Notes under the pieces: generated by a model | Databases searched by the model: none | Told to the model about the DNA's origin: nothing | What the model saw: only the letters and a program-made list of their open reading frames with translations | Shown: in pieces, positions 1 to 11,857 of the stretch | How positions within the stretch are numbered: the stretch's first letter is position 1 | How the letters are laid out: each line of letters opens with the position of its first letter | Made by a program: the position numbers and the translations under genes | From: Alloascoidea hylecoeti | Taxonomy: Eukaryota | Direction: 5' to 3' | Assembly: GCA_001600815.1 (NCBI GenBank) | Contig: BCKZ01000015.1 | Coordinates: 372,001-436,000, forward strand | DNA: 64,000 nt

Positions 1-493
1 ATTGTGTATTGGAATCATAATTAAATTTGGGATCAACATTGACTATTGAGTCCTCTGTTAAAATGTTAACGCTGTGAAAGCTCATATGATACTTGTAAAT
101 TTTTACTTTTTCTCTCTTGTTTTTTTTTTGATTGTTGCATGTTACCTTTTCAGATACTTAGATAATAATATACACCAGTGAATATCTGATAATATATAAC
201 ATTTTTGGTGATGTTCCAGCGTATAAGATCTTTACTATAATGTTTAAATTAGCCCTTCTAGATGGATGCAGGACCGGGCACTAGGTATTAATTATATAAA
301 GCGCTATATATAGCTATAAAATTAATTATAGCCATTAAAAATAGGAACGTAAAATAACAGTAAAATGGCCAAAGTTTATATATTTATACCATAAACGTTA
401 TCATACTTCTAAATACAATAAATGATATCGCAAGGGGTTGAATGAAAGAACAATTTGAATTATATAATGGTGTCTCACAAGCTCTTATAGAGA

Positions 494-594
494 CTCCTGG
501 TGGCCCAGTTGGCTAAGGCGCGAGACTGTAATGGATTCTGTCAAAGAAGTAAAAGTTGATCTTGAGATCGGGTGTTCGATTCACCCCCAGGAGA
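494..594 (+). tRNA. tRNA-Tyr(GTA) with a 27-nt intron (532-558)
   Basis: Acceptor stem CTCCTGG/CCAGGAG plus discriminator A. D-arm contains TGGCTAAGG. Anticodon stem CGAGA/TCTTG with GTA at 528-530 and intron after position 37. T-loop GTTCGATTC. Followed by a T-run Pol III terminator. Closely resembles yeast tRNA-Tyr. Confidence 0.96.
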
Positions 595-1438
595 ATTTTT
601 TCACATTCATTTTGCCAAAAATAAAAATCTTGGAAAAAAAAAACAATCAAATGGTAAGTTAGACAAATGTATGAAGATTCTCGGTTTATAAAACACATAA
701 TAAGCCTTACTGTAGAGGTAATATGGAATATACGGGTCCTTAGACGCTTTAGTTTCTATTGATTTAACATTGGAGTCCTCTTCAGTTTGCCAAAATGGAA
801 AACGTAAATTAATTCTGGAATACAAATAAAGTATCATATTAGATATGATATCAGACTTGGTTTTACCGCACAGGTATTTAAACCTTTGTTATATAAACTT
901 ATTCAATAATTCTTTTTATCCTCTTATAGATTAGCAAGTATAATTTATAATAAAATGATTAGGTAAAAAAAACTAGTAAGGATTCCTTCAAAAAATCAAT
1001 TGAAATTATAAATTCAATCAATGTAAAATAAAGATGATTATAATAATATTTGAACATTTTATGGGAAAAGATTATCGATTAAATGAAATGATTTGTGATT
1101 CCACAAGATACACAAATGAATTAATTCAAATCAACAATATAAGAAAAGCAATTAGAAACCTAAGAAACAAAAGAAGATTTGGAACGACCACATTAGAGTC
1201 GACAAACAAAGAACTTTTAACTGCAGTGAAAGCTGACGTTAAAAGAAGAGTAACGCTTGGATTTAGATTTATAAAATATGTATGTATAATTATTCTGAGA
1301 TGTACGCACATATGTGTATATTTGAGTATCCAAATTTTAAAAAATGTTTCACCTCCACCAACAAAAGTAGTGACGTTGCTCATCTACCATCACCGAAACG
1401 TTTAATTATATCACGAAGGGGAATTCTTTTTGTTTGCG

Positions 1439-2476
1439 ATGCTGGGAAAAGTAAATTGTATCGAGAGGGCTGCAACGGCTACTTCTAATGCTACTGTCAA
1501 TGGAATCTCCAGATTAGTACAGATCAATCAAGTTCGGTTTAAAGGAAGCAGAAGTGTGGCTTATCCCGCAAGAGGGATGAGATTCCGAACATATTCCCCA
1601 TCCGAGCGTAAATACAAATCTTTAATGCGATTGCAAATGAAAGACTGGCTAGGCCCTAAGAACTACAAGGGAGAATATTTACATAATATATACTATGCTC
1701 CACCAAAACATCACCAGCCCAATTATATCAATGATAGACTCGGAGCTAATGTTCTTTTGAAGAAAGATAAAAAGGGGAATATCGTTAGTGATCCGCGAGA
1801 ATCTGATGGCCGCAAACCCTCGTTTAATCGATCTAATCTTAGTCCCTTCCCAAATAATCCAGCCACAGTCACAAATAAAGTGATTGAAGAAAGTCTAAAG
1901 GAAACAGTGATAAATGATATGAAAAGAGGAATTAGTTTAATGGATATCAGTATAAATACTGGTATAAAGATTCCTAGATTACAAGGATTATTGAAATTAG
2001 ATGAAATTGAAAGAAAATGGAGAGATGAAAAACGAATCACACGTGAACTTGAAATCTTGGACAACACAATGTATGAAATGTTCCCAGTATTCAGCCTTGA
2101 TAGCGTGAGCAAGACTTCATTCGCTGATGATCAAATTAGTGCTGATCCAAAAGCTAGAGCTGGTCGATTCTTGACCATTGCTGAATCAGAACCATTTGGA
2201 CCATTGGATGCTGCCAATGAGTTGAATATTGAACCAGCAGCTGATATTTTAGCGAAATCCAAAGACTTTACGTACATTTCAGAAAAGGCAGCCAAGGAAA
2301 AAGAAAACAGGGCAAGAATATTTATTGCTCCTCAACTAAAAGGTGAAAAGAGCTTATTGAGATTTACACATGCTAGAGTCGGTCATGTCGGGTTCAGATA
2401 TGGTGCTTCAAAGGATGATAACAAGAGAAATAGAAAAGTTAAATTTAATGAGATTGGGGAGATGGTTTATGCTTAA
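1439..2476 (+). CDS. MRPS35: Mitochondrial small-subunit ribosomal protein mS45 (Bot1p family)
   Basis: LGPKNYKGEY..N.YY, PFPNNP, ARAGRFLTIAESEPFGPLDAA and VGFRYGA motifs. Arg-rich presequence. First ATG is 1439 (ORF track starts at TTG 1430). Confidence 0.88.
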   Translation: MLGKVNCIERAATATSNATVNGISRLVQINQVRFKGSRSVAYPARGMRFRTYSPSERKYKSLMRLQMKDWLGPKNYKGEYLHNIYYAPPKHHQPNYINDRLGANVLLKKDKKGNIVSDPRESDGRKPSFNRSNLSPFPNNPATVTNKVIEESLKETVINDMKRGISLMDISINTGIKIPRLQGLLKLDEIERKWRDEKRITRELEILDNTMYEMFPVFSLDSVSKTSFADDQISADPKARAGRFLTIAESEPFGPLDAANELNIEPAADILAKSKDFTYISEKAAKEKENRARIFIAPQLKGEKSLLRFTHARVGHVGFRYGASKDDNKRNRKVKFNEIGEMVYA

Positions 2477-3528
2477 ATTTCATGGTTGACTATTATGTGT
2501 ACATATTTTTAAAAGGTTTGCCATTTTCCGAACAAAATGGTTCACATTATATATAGAAATCGATATAGAGAACAAAATAAACCTGTTCATACGATAATTG
2601 TGCAAACAAAAAATTAATTATAACGAAATTATGTAGTGATAATAAAAAAAAAAGGAGTTCTTTCGATACCTAAATTGAACAATTGAAAAATTAAATGTTT
2701 ATGGAGAAATATATGACCATGGAATGGTTTACCAAAGAAAGTAATCGAATCTTCAAATCTTACAGAAATGTGTGAAAAAGCGTATGTATTTGATGTTTTA
2801 TGGGTAAACGCTACCAATTACAAATAATAAACGGTAACAACGTATTCGTTTAGGTCCCATTGTGATTATCGAAATGTTTTCGATTCATACGAAACATTCA
2901 GCAATAGTTACTCTTAAGCCTAAGTATAATTATATAGATTAATCTTTTTAAGTCAAAGCTTTCCTATTCGACAGTCATGATATAATAAGTAACAACTCCT
3001 GTAAGGGCTTACAACACAATCCGCCTAAAGTTACCCTCACTAACATATGTCATTATTCCAAATTAATACTATCATCATTAGATGGAGAGTTTTCGTTACG
3101 AGTAAAATTGGTGGAATAGGATCGTTTTCATAAAGGGTATTTAAATGCTTGTGAGAAAATGCAATATATAAGTTTCCTGGAGATCGTTATACAATTAATA
3201 TAACCTACATGTAAGCTTATATATGGATTGATCAGAACCAATTATGTTGGTGGATAGTGTCAGCTCTGATTTAACATACCGTAATTCTTGGAATTCTTTC
3301 AATCACTCTAGGCTGTGATGTATCTCTTAAACTTCTCCTATCAATTATTTCTGGATCGTTACAACAATTACCATCCGTGGTACAGGAAACAGAAGAAGTT
3401 GTAGCATTGCGATTGTGGTTTAGACTTTCTTTATTATCATCCGATTGAGGTGCAAGAACATAATCCCTGGTGCTAGAGACAAAGCATACTGGACTTGGAA
3501 AATCATCTTCTCCAAAATAATCAAGTTC

Positions 3529-4515
3529 TTAAGCGGTAGTTAGATAATGGTGAATAAAATTCAAATACATCTGTCTTCGTTCAATTTCTTGGTACAACTC
3601 GAATTCCATTTTATATCTAGCTTCTATTTCTAAGTAGTCATCAAGAGCGACTGCGGCGTAGCAATATTCTTCTGTCGAATACTTGGATCTAACAGATTCA
3701 ATGGGGTGAGGTGCAAAGCGATACATCAGTTGTAAACAATCATTTCCATTATCAGTGTCCATAATAGGTAAGGTGGCCAATAAATCGAATCGAAGCAAGT
3801 GATTTGCGAGATAGTAACCACAAATTCCAACCGTTGCGGTTGAGAAGCAATAGCACTCTCCACGAAACATCAACAGTTCACAAAGATATAAAGCTAAATT
3901 GTATTTCAGATCGTAATAACTTTGTAGTTCTGTATTTATAATATCTTCTTTACTGTTTGCAAGTCTAATGTGGTATTCCAAAGACAACCCCACAAAAAAA
4001 TCAAGCATTGGAGCAGAAAAGTCCCAATTTAAACACTGCAGTATCTCTAACTCTGCACGTTTAATATCTGCTTTGCTAAATGAATTAAAGCAAAGATCAA
4101 CAAGAAGTTGACACTTAGGCACTATTGATTTATTATCGCTGGATTTAGCTGAAATCCACAATGAAACAATGCCAAACAATTGATAATAATGAGTTGAAAT
4201 GACACGTATTCGCGTATATCTGTCAAGAATGTCTATGGCTAAAAAGAATGTCTCGGGAGACAAGTTCAAATGGGAAGCCAGAGACATCACAAACTCTAAC
4301 ACAAATTCCCTTGTGATCCAATCTAAAAATGGCTGATTGTCCATGAGATCAACAAAAATTCTTAGGTTTTTCTCCTCATCAATAAGAATCTGCTGTATCC
4401 TATTATGATCAACTTCACTTCCATTTGATTCTGAGCTTCCTGAACCTTGATCTCCAGACATAGTTAATTCTGATGTTTGTTCAGATAGAAGTAAGTTGAA
4501 TACTGGTGATACCAT
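3529..4515 (-). CDS. Cyclin (cyclin-box N and C domains; probably G1/CLN-like, divergent)
   Basis: R..VLEFV...LSPETFFLAIDILDRY...YQLFGIVSLWISAK...AELEILQCLNW cyclin box. The frame stays open for 85 more codons past the TAA (see findings). Confidence 0.8.
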   Translation of the reverse strand: MVSPVFNLLLSEQTSELTMSGDQGSGSSESNGSEVDHNRIQQILIDEEKNLRIFVDLMDNQPFLDWITREFVLEFVMSLASHLNLSPETFFLAIDILDRYTRIRVISTHYYQLFGIVSLWISAKSSDNKSIVPKCQLLVDLCFNSFSKADIKRAELEILQCLNWDFSAPMLDFFVGLSLEYHIRLANSKEDIINTELQSYYDLKYNLALYLCELLMFRGECYCFSTATVGICGYYLANHLLRFDLLATLPIMDTDNGNDCLQLMYRFAPHPIESVRSKYSTEEYCYAAVALDDYLEIEARYKMEFELYQEIERRQMYLNFIHHYLTTA

Positions 4516-5900
4516 AGATAGTAATAGTTAGAATAACAATGATATAATATTATAATATAATAATAGTTAGAATAACAATGAGAACTGTTGAAATGATTTA
4601 CTAAAAGGAAAAAAAAGGAAAATTGGAATATAAATAAGTTTCTGAGTTGCAAGTCAAATTAGAAGTTTCAATTCAGGATCAAATTTAAGTTAAAAATTTT
4701 AAAAGAAATATAAAATATAAATTTAAGATTCAATTTCTAAATATTGATATACAAAGTGTAAGTTTGGAGTTGTAATACACACTCTTGTATAAATGATAAG
4801 GAAAAGGTTAATATATATTAGATGAACAAGTACAATTATTATATCACCTCCAACTCATTTAGGAAAAAGCTAAATAAATTAAATGAGGCTTGAAATTATT
4901 AAGAGCTGAATGCTAATAATATAAAGTGTAATAACCGAAAAGAGAATGGATTGCTTGATATCTTAAATTATTTGCAGCTGTTAATCGCGATCGTAAACAT
5001 AAAATAAATGGAATATATACTTTTATATGGAATATCTCATTGAAAGTAAAGTCAGTGTCTCTCAACTTGCTTATATGCTTTTTAATACTGTCTGCATGAG
5101 TTTTTAGAGAAGGAAATAGGAAAAGAACAATGCTGGGCCGATATTAATATAAGAGCAGAAGAGCAGATAACACGTCTGAAATTTTATAGGAAAATGTGAA
5201 GCAAATATTCTTTTTACGCCATCAATTCTAATCGCCAATATTAATTATGGACTTTTTAGATGAGCTAATTTTGCAAAGCTTTCACATATAGGATTTTTCA
5301 TAACACTCGTATGACATCGATTTGTATATATTAATATCAGTGGTATATAATAAGATTGAATTTCCAGAAGCAGTGGCGATCAGAAAATAATTATTTATTT
5401 ATTAATGCTTATAAACCTTAAATTCAATTCGTTATACGAGATGAGTCAAACAATGAACATATGCTTGCAATTAGAATCGTCAAAATTCCACCTTCATGAT
5501 CACATTTATATGACAGAAACAAGTGCCACAAATTCATTCAAATTGTAATTGAGAATCTGGATGATTATAATTGAGAGAATTGGATATGGGAAAAAAATTT
5601 AGGAAAAGATAATAAGCGTGCAATGAAATTTGGAAAAACACTTTTTCAAAAAATTTCATATTCGTTGATGGGTCAAACTGTAACTATAATGTAAAGTTAT
5701 TTTATCAACCAAACTACTATTATATTAGAAACCTTCCAAATTAATATGCCAACGAATAGATCATAATTCATCAAAGTTCCAAAGTTCTTGTTGAGTTTCT
5801 GTTTTCTTTTTTCTTCAATTATAATGTGAAAGAGGCCATATAGTATTTATCAAGCTTTCTCGTATTTTTATGATGCATTTGGTATATTATTTTTGCCTTA

Positions 5901-6950
5901 ACAGACTCAGACAATTTGAAGATCTATGCGATTCGTTAGTTTCTTTATCAACGGAACTAATTGAAGAAGAAGTTTCATTTTTCATTCATAAAATTAATGG
6001 TTTGATATTAAAACTAGCGATTGTTTTTAAAGAAAATTGTTTTGATGAACTTTTGGAAACACTTCCAAGGAGTATAAAACCAAATATTTCGGTTAAAGAG
6101 AAATTGTGATCTAAATAAGAAGAGGGAGGTTTTCCATTCTATATCTATGAGTGATTTGATTTCCTCACTTAAATAGTTTCTAGTTAGAATTTTTAATTGT
6201 ATATTATATGTAAAGTTTAAAAGAAAAATATCAAGTAGAAAGCACCGTTTCCCATCCAATCAACAGTAGTTAAGCTGCTAAGAGTCACATCGAGCAATAT
6301 AGTCGCAGACCATAAAACTGCTGTAGTCCTTTTTAATTTTTAGGATTTCTGAGAGGGTCGTGCTACCCATCTTTGGCTACTTATCTTCCTTTGATCATCA
6401 AATTTGAAATGTTTCTAGTGATATTTGTTGCCCTGAAATATCATCAAAGCAATTTAAAATTCGTTTCAATTCCTCTGATTCAGGAGACCAATGAATATTG
6501 ATGTGACTGAGAAATTACAAATTTCTGTCCACTGATATATGTCTTATTAATAGTCGAAAAACATCAATGATAGACGTTCACGGATTTTAGGGTGGAAGCA
6601 AGATACCACTCACTCATTAACAGATTTTTCAAGTGTAGTCTCTGAAATGTTAGTCTCTGAAATGTTAGTCTCAGCTTTCACACAATCTGAATTGGTGAAT
6701 GAATCATTTTTGTTTTCGCCTTACAATTGTTGTAAGGTATGGCTATAACCGAAATATTCGGTTTTATATTCAAATATGCTCCTTGGAAGTGTTTCCCAAA
6801 GTTCATCAAAATAATGTTCTTTAAAGACAATCACTAGTTTTAATATCAAACCGCTAATTTTGTTAATGAAAAATGAAACTTCTTCAATTAGTTCGGTCGA
6901 TAAAGAACTAACGAATCACACACAGATTTTCAAATTTATAAACTGTCTGT
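5901..6950. repeat. Diverged inverted repeat pair: arm 1 ~5901-6095, arm 2 ~6746-6950, ~650-bp spacer
   Basis: The reverse complement of arm 2 aligns by eye to arm 1, e.g. GAACTAATTGAAGAAG, GTTTCATTTTTCATT, GGTTTGATATTAAAACTAG, TTTTGATGAACTTT, GGAAACACTTCCAAGGAG, ATATTTCGGTTA, with scattered substitutions and small indels. Confidence 0.9.
6636..6672. repeat. 15-bp tandem duplication (TAGTCTCTGAAATGT x2.5) inside the inverted-repeat spacer
   Basis: Read directly from the sequence. Confidence 0.9.
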
Positions 6951-7603
6951 GACTGGATATTATTACAGAGATATCCAAAATTATGATAATGATAGAAAGA
7001 CAATCCTATTGCTTGAATTAACTTTAGAACGTTAACAGTTTATAAAACTTTCAAGATTGATACTAAGAACCAATCAATCAATTGTCATTAATCAGAAACA
7101 ACAATATGATCTCTCCTTCTAAACAAATTTCTCAATAAGTTTATATTGTAATTGATAAACAAGCTTTTCGAAAATAATGAATATTCATATTAATGAAAGA
7201 AAATAATCACAAATTTGAAAATCGAAAACCCGATCACGAATAATATTGACTGATAATAAAGATTGATTCACAACCAGTATTAACTAATAGTTTTGTTTTA
7301 TCTCCATAATATAAAAGACTTCATTTCATATTCATATGTATTTTTAATGTCAACAAAAATTTTTCAAGTAGGACGATATATCTTCGCTGCATTTCAATTT
7401 CGATAATTCTTATGACTTGGATCATACAGTATGTGGCCATGGGACGGTACTGGAAAAAGACGTTAGAGCAGTGCCAGTATGTTAATCACATTGATGGAGA
7501 GATGTTTATAATTGCCAGACTTGAGTTCTGCAATTGAAAAATTCAGCATTTGCCTGTTGATTTAAATACGTCGTTATAGCATATAATTATAATCGAAATA
7601 TAT

Positions 7604-9022
7604 ATGACAATTGAAAGGCTTATACCACGCGGTTCACTGGATCTCAGGTCTGTTATCCTCATCGGCTCTCAAATAATCATTTACTACGCAATTTATCATA
7701 TCCTCCCCAAATCCATATCCTCGAATTTTGTCATTAGAACTCTGTTTATTTTATTTATTACTGGTATTATGTCACGGACTGGACTTCCCGGCTGGTTACT
7801 CAGGACACTGCTTAAAAATTCTGATCCTCTGGGCCGATCCTCTTCAGTTTTTTCCCCTCTAAACATGTCGGGGTTACAAACAGACCAACGACAACAAGTC
7901 CTTGGTGTGATATCTGGTTTAGACAATTATCTTACAAAAGGCATTAATTCAAATGATAGGCACCGACGTTTATATAATAAGATGATTACAAGGCATAGAA
8001 ATTGGGCCGTAAAAGCTGGATATTTGAAAAAAATTGATGCAGTTGATGAAGCTATAAGACTTAACTCTTACCTAACGAATGATCTTACTTATGAAATTAA
8101 GAAGGAATGGAATATAAAAGATCCCGAAGTCAATCTTTTAAAAAATACTAAAGATGTTCCTGAAAACTACCAAATAGCCGAAACTTTGGGTCATTATGTT
8201 CGCGATTGGTGTGACGAAGGATATTTGGAAGTGAAGCCACTAATTGAATATGTTACTTCTCAATTAAATAAACAATTCCCGAAGGTTGATAATAAAAGAA
8301 ACCATATACCAAGGAATAATATCAGAATAATTATTCCTGGTAGTGGTGTCGGTAGAATAGCCCACGAAATAGCTACAATGGAATCCGATCCAAAATATCA
8401 GTGGGGGTCTGTTGAAGCAGTTGAACTGTCTTGGTTAATGCATTTCGCAAATAAATTCGTTTATATGGACGAATTTAAAAAGAATGATAGGGATGATACC
8501 AATCACAATAGATCAGAATATGAGATTTATCCTTTCATACAAAACTATTCAAATCATGTTTTAACAAATGATCAAACTAGAAACTCCATATTTAGAAGAC
8601 GAAAAGCCAAACCAAAAAATTTAAAAATTAAACTATTTGATTTTAGAAATTATTTGAATGAAAATGAAAATGAAACTTCAAAATGGGATGCTACAATTGT
8701 TGTTTCAGTATTTTTCTTAGATACTGCCGAAAATATGTTTGAATATATTGATGCCATTTCAGCACTAACAACCTCTTCTTTAAAATCTGGTATTTGGATT
8801 AATGCTGGACCTTTAAAATATGGAACCGCTGCTCGTATCGAATTTACTTTAGAAGAGCTTATAAATGCTTTGAAGATTGATGGTTGGGAAATGTTAGATA
8901 AAGAAAGGGAAACAAATCCAATTTTAGGGTACGGTTCTTATTTAGGGGATAGTAAAAGTTTATGGGGTGGAAATTATGGTATAATTGGTTTCACGACCAA
9001 AAAAAAACCGAAAAAGCGATAA
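7604..9022 (+). CDS. N2227-like (carnosine N-methyltransferase family) SAM-dependent methyltransferase with hydrophobic N-terminus (YMR209C-like)
   Basis: HYVRDW, PGSGVGRIA (SAM motif I), FFLDTAEN and WINAGPLKYG motifs. Two hydrophobic N-terminal segments. Confidence 0.82.
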   Translation: MTIERLIPRGSLDLRSVILIGSQIIIYYAIYHILPKSISSNFVIRTLFILFITGIMSRTGLPGWLLRTLLKNSDPLGRSSSVFSPLNMSGLQTDQRQQVLGVISGLDNYLTKGINSNDRHRRLYNKMITRHRNWAVKAGYLKKIDAVDEAIRLNSYLTNDLTYEIKKEWNIKDPEVNLLKNTKDVPENYQIAETLGHYVRDWCDEGYLEVKPLIEYVTSQLNKQFPKVDNKRNHIPRNNIRIIIPGSGVGRIAHEIATMESDPKYQWGSVEAVELSWLMHFANKFVYMDEFKKNDRDDTNHNRSEYEIYPFIQNYSNHVLTNDQTRNSIFRRRKAKPKNLKIKLFDFRNYLNENENETSKWDATIVVSVFFLDTAENMFEYIDAISALTTSSLKSGIWINAGPLKYGTAARIEFTLEELINALKIDGWEMLDKERETNPILGYGSYLGDSKSLWGGNYGIIGFTTKKKPKKR

Positions 9023-10924
9023 ATATTTGAAGTTATTTTGAATATCTTCTGTTCATATGGTATTTATAAATAACATTCCCATTTGTTAATTATGGAATAC
9101 ACGTGTAATTTAATCTTATTTGCAATTGATAGCATATGGTAAGATATACTACTATGCATATTACTATATAGCTATATAGGCCTATAGATATCGATCATAT
9201 AGATACATGTATCCGCCATTATATACTAAAACACATATACGAATATTAATGGAATATCTATGAGGCCTTATAATTATAGGTAATAGCCTAATAGGTACAT
9301 GTATATCATTGTAAGAATCAGGGACCTATATGCATGTACTCATTGTGATGTATATGTATTAACGTTAACCACAATATCGAGATTAAAATTTTTGTTATCA
9401 CTATAGCTATAATGCTATAATATATCTAAATATCGATATCTATTGATATTGGTTTAGTGTATTTTATGATATATGCTACCTATCACTTTAGTGTGAAAAT
9501 AAATTTATATTAATTCTAATATTAGCGAATAAATTAAGTATAATATTTGAAATCTAGCTGAATATTATGTATGTTATAAATTATAGCTAACTTCATATTT
9601 ATAAATAAATAAATCGAAAACTCAATTATAAAGAATCAAAGATAATAACTTAATCGTACGCGTCTAGATCTAGACGTCTCACCATCTATTAGCACTAATA
9701 TTATCGATATCGATTTTAAAACTATTTTATTTAGCATTATATATTTGATATCTCGACTTTAATTTAGATCTATATGTAGCTATATAGAGGTATATATTTC
9801 CTGATCGATGTCTGGACTTAGAACTTCGAAGAATACTAAATTTATATGTTTATTTTCAATTGGATATTAGCATTTATTATTTAAAATACATTTAATTAGC
9901 TTAAGGCGGTATACACCTATGTGTATGTATAATTGCTTACATCGATGGAACGTGAACAATATTTTACGCTCACCCATATCAATCTTTCGATTTATTGTCG
10001 ATCTTCATATAATTATATATAAAGATATATAAAGCTAAATGGGCAATATTATATCTATTTTAAGGATACTTGCAATTGATTCAAGAGCATTTGTTTCAAC
10101 TGCTAAAAGGTTAATATATATAATATTATAAATGATTATAATACTTAATTAGGTTTAGATCTATATATATATATATAATGATTATTATCAGGCATAGTGC
10201 AACGAACTCGTGGATTTTATTATTTATAATATCAGTTTAAATGTTAATATATTAATTACCATATAATCGATATCTTCATTAAAACTTAGAAGTCAAGATA
10301 CGTGAGAATAATAACAATTGCAAGCTTGTAAATTCCCATCATATAAGTTATATAGCGTCTCATATTAATATTTCAATATAATCATCAGGGATCAATATAT
10401 TGCAACATTAACATTAGCCACAATGTTACCACATAATAACATTATGATTAGTACTAGTGTCAAGGGTTATATAACGCATGTTATCATTGCTATGTGACAA
10501 TAAAATACAGCTTAGCATATGAAAAGCCTAAAGGCATGCTATAAATTATAAACGCTTTACTATCATTCGATATAATCACCTCTATAGTCTATACCATATA
10601 GTATATTATAATTAAAGAAAACATTGTACACATTTTTGTCGAAGTAAAATTTACAACGTATAAATGGAAACAAAACTCATATATCAAATTATAATTATAG
10701 CCCATACTTGTATTAAAGTGTAAATATATTAGAACAATAGGAATATTATTAATTTTGATGATTGCTCTTATTATGGTGCCTCCAACGATATTTTTATTGA
10801 TGGAAACAGATCTAGAAATATAAGAAGAATCTGCAGTATCTTGCGTTTTTTGATGGTTTAGTTATGTTTTTTAAAGGATTTGGCATTTAATTTCATGAAC
10901 TTGGACATCTAATCCCTCACTCGT

Positions 10925-11440
10925 TAATTCCGATCCCCTAGATCTCTTAATCTGTATTTTTTATCCGCATTTTTACTAATATTTTTGCATTTCAATCGAC
11001 ACCGAAAATTTTATTACCGCCAATATCATTCGAATCGGAATCCTTGCCTCTCTTTTATTTACAAATAAACTCTTGAACTCAACATCGACATCCCAAATCC
11101 GAACAGTTCCATCATAACCATTTCCAGAGAAGCTACTAATTCAACTAAAAAAGTTGTATAGTGAGTGAATTTTACTGCATCAATTCGTCTTTTAATATAA
11201 AGGTATAATACAGGCCGATGAGCCACAAACAAGCTTAAAGGAACCTATGCTTAAGATACTAATTATAACCACTGTTTAGAGAGAACTTTGTAGCTCTTGT
11301 ATCACATTATTCACCTATCAGCATATTTAGCCGTAAATAAATCCCATATTTTGATAGTATGATCCATTGACACTGAATAAGCAACTGTTGCATCTGGAGA
11401 AAAACAAACATCCATTACTGGTTGTGTATGTCCTTCCACT
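10925..11440 (-). pseudogene. YTM1: Degenerate 3' fragment of the WD40 ribosome-biogenesis factor Ytm1/WDR12
   Basis: Translation across frameshifts gives EGHTQPVMDVCFSPDATVAYSVSMDHTIKIWDL, DTRATKFSL, LVCGSSA, GYDGTVRIWDV, NKIFGVD* and DKKIQI, collinear with the Ytm1 C-terminus. Contains stops (including TGA at a conserved Trp) and indels. Absent from the ORF track. Confidence 0.85.
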
Positions 11441-11857
11441 AAAAATAAATAATTAGCTGTATAACTTAGGTCCATTTAACAATCTACAACTTTTTTTTGC
11501 TGCTATTGAAGTGAGTGTTATGAATTTTTATCTGGGAGCTTGAATCGGTAGTCATCTTTTATTGTAAATCGAGAATAGACAATCCAAATAAGGTTAGTGA
11601 AAATAGTGAAAAATCGATATACACGAAAAATAAGATCCGATGCCGATGCACAGTTACCCGGCGATATATCAGCGAAAGCGTATTCGGACTCGGACACAGA
11701 AACGAAAATGAGACCGAATAAATACTTGAGCTCGAACTGTTCAGTACAATAAACGTACGAAAAATATATAAAGGTATATAAACATCCCCATAACAAATTT
11801 AAATCTATAATCTACAACTTCTGATATCCAGAATAGGTTCATTCGAACACCCACAAT

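Noticed and set aside
513..1488. Short ORFs around the tRNA and upstream of MRPS35
   Set aside because: They overlap the tRNA or promoter, or show no recognisable motif; likely spurious.
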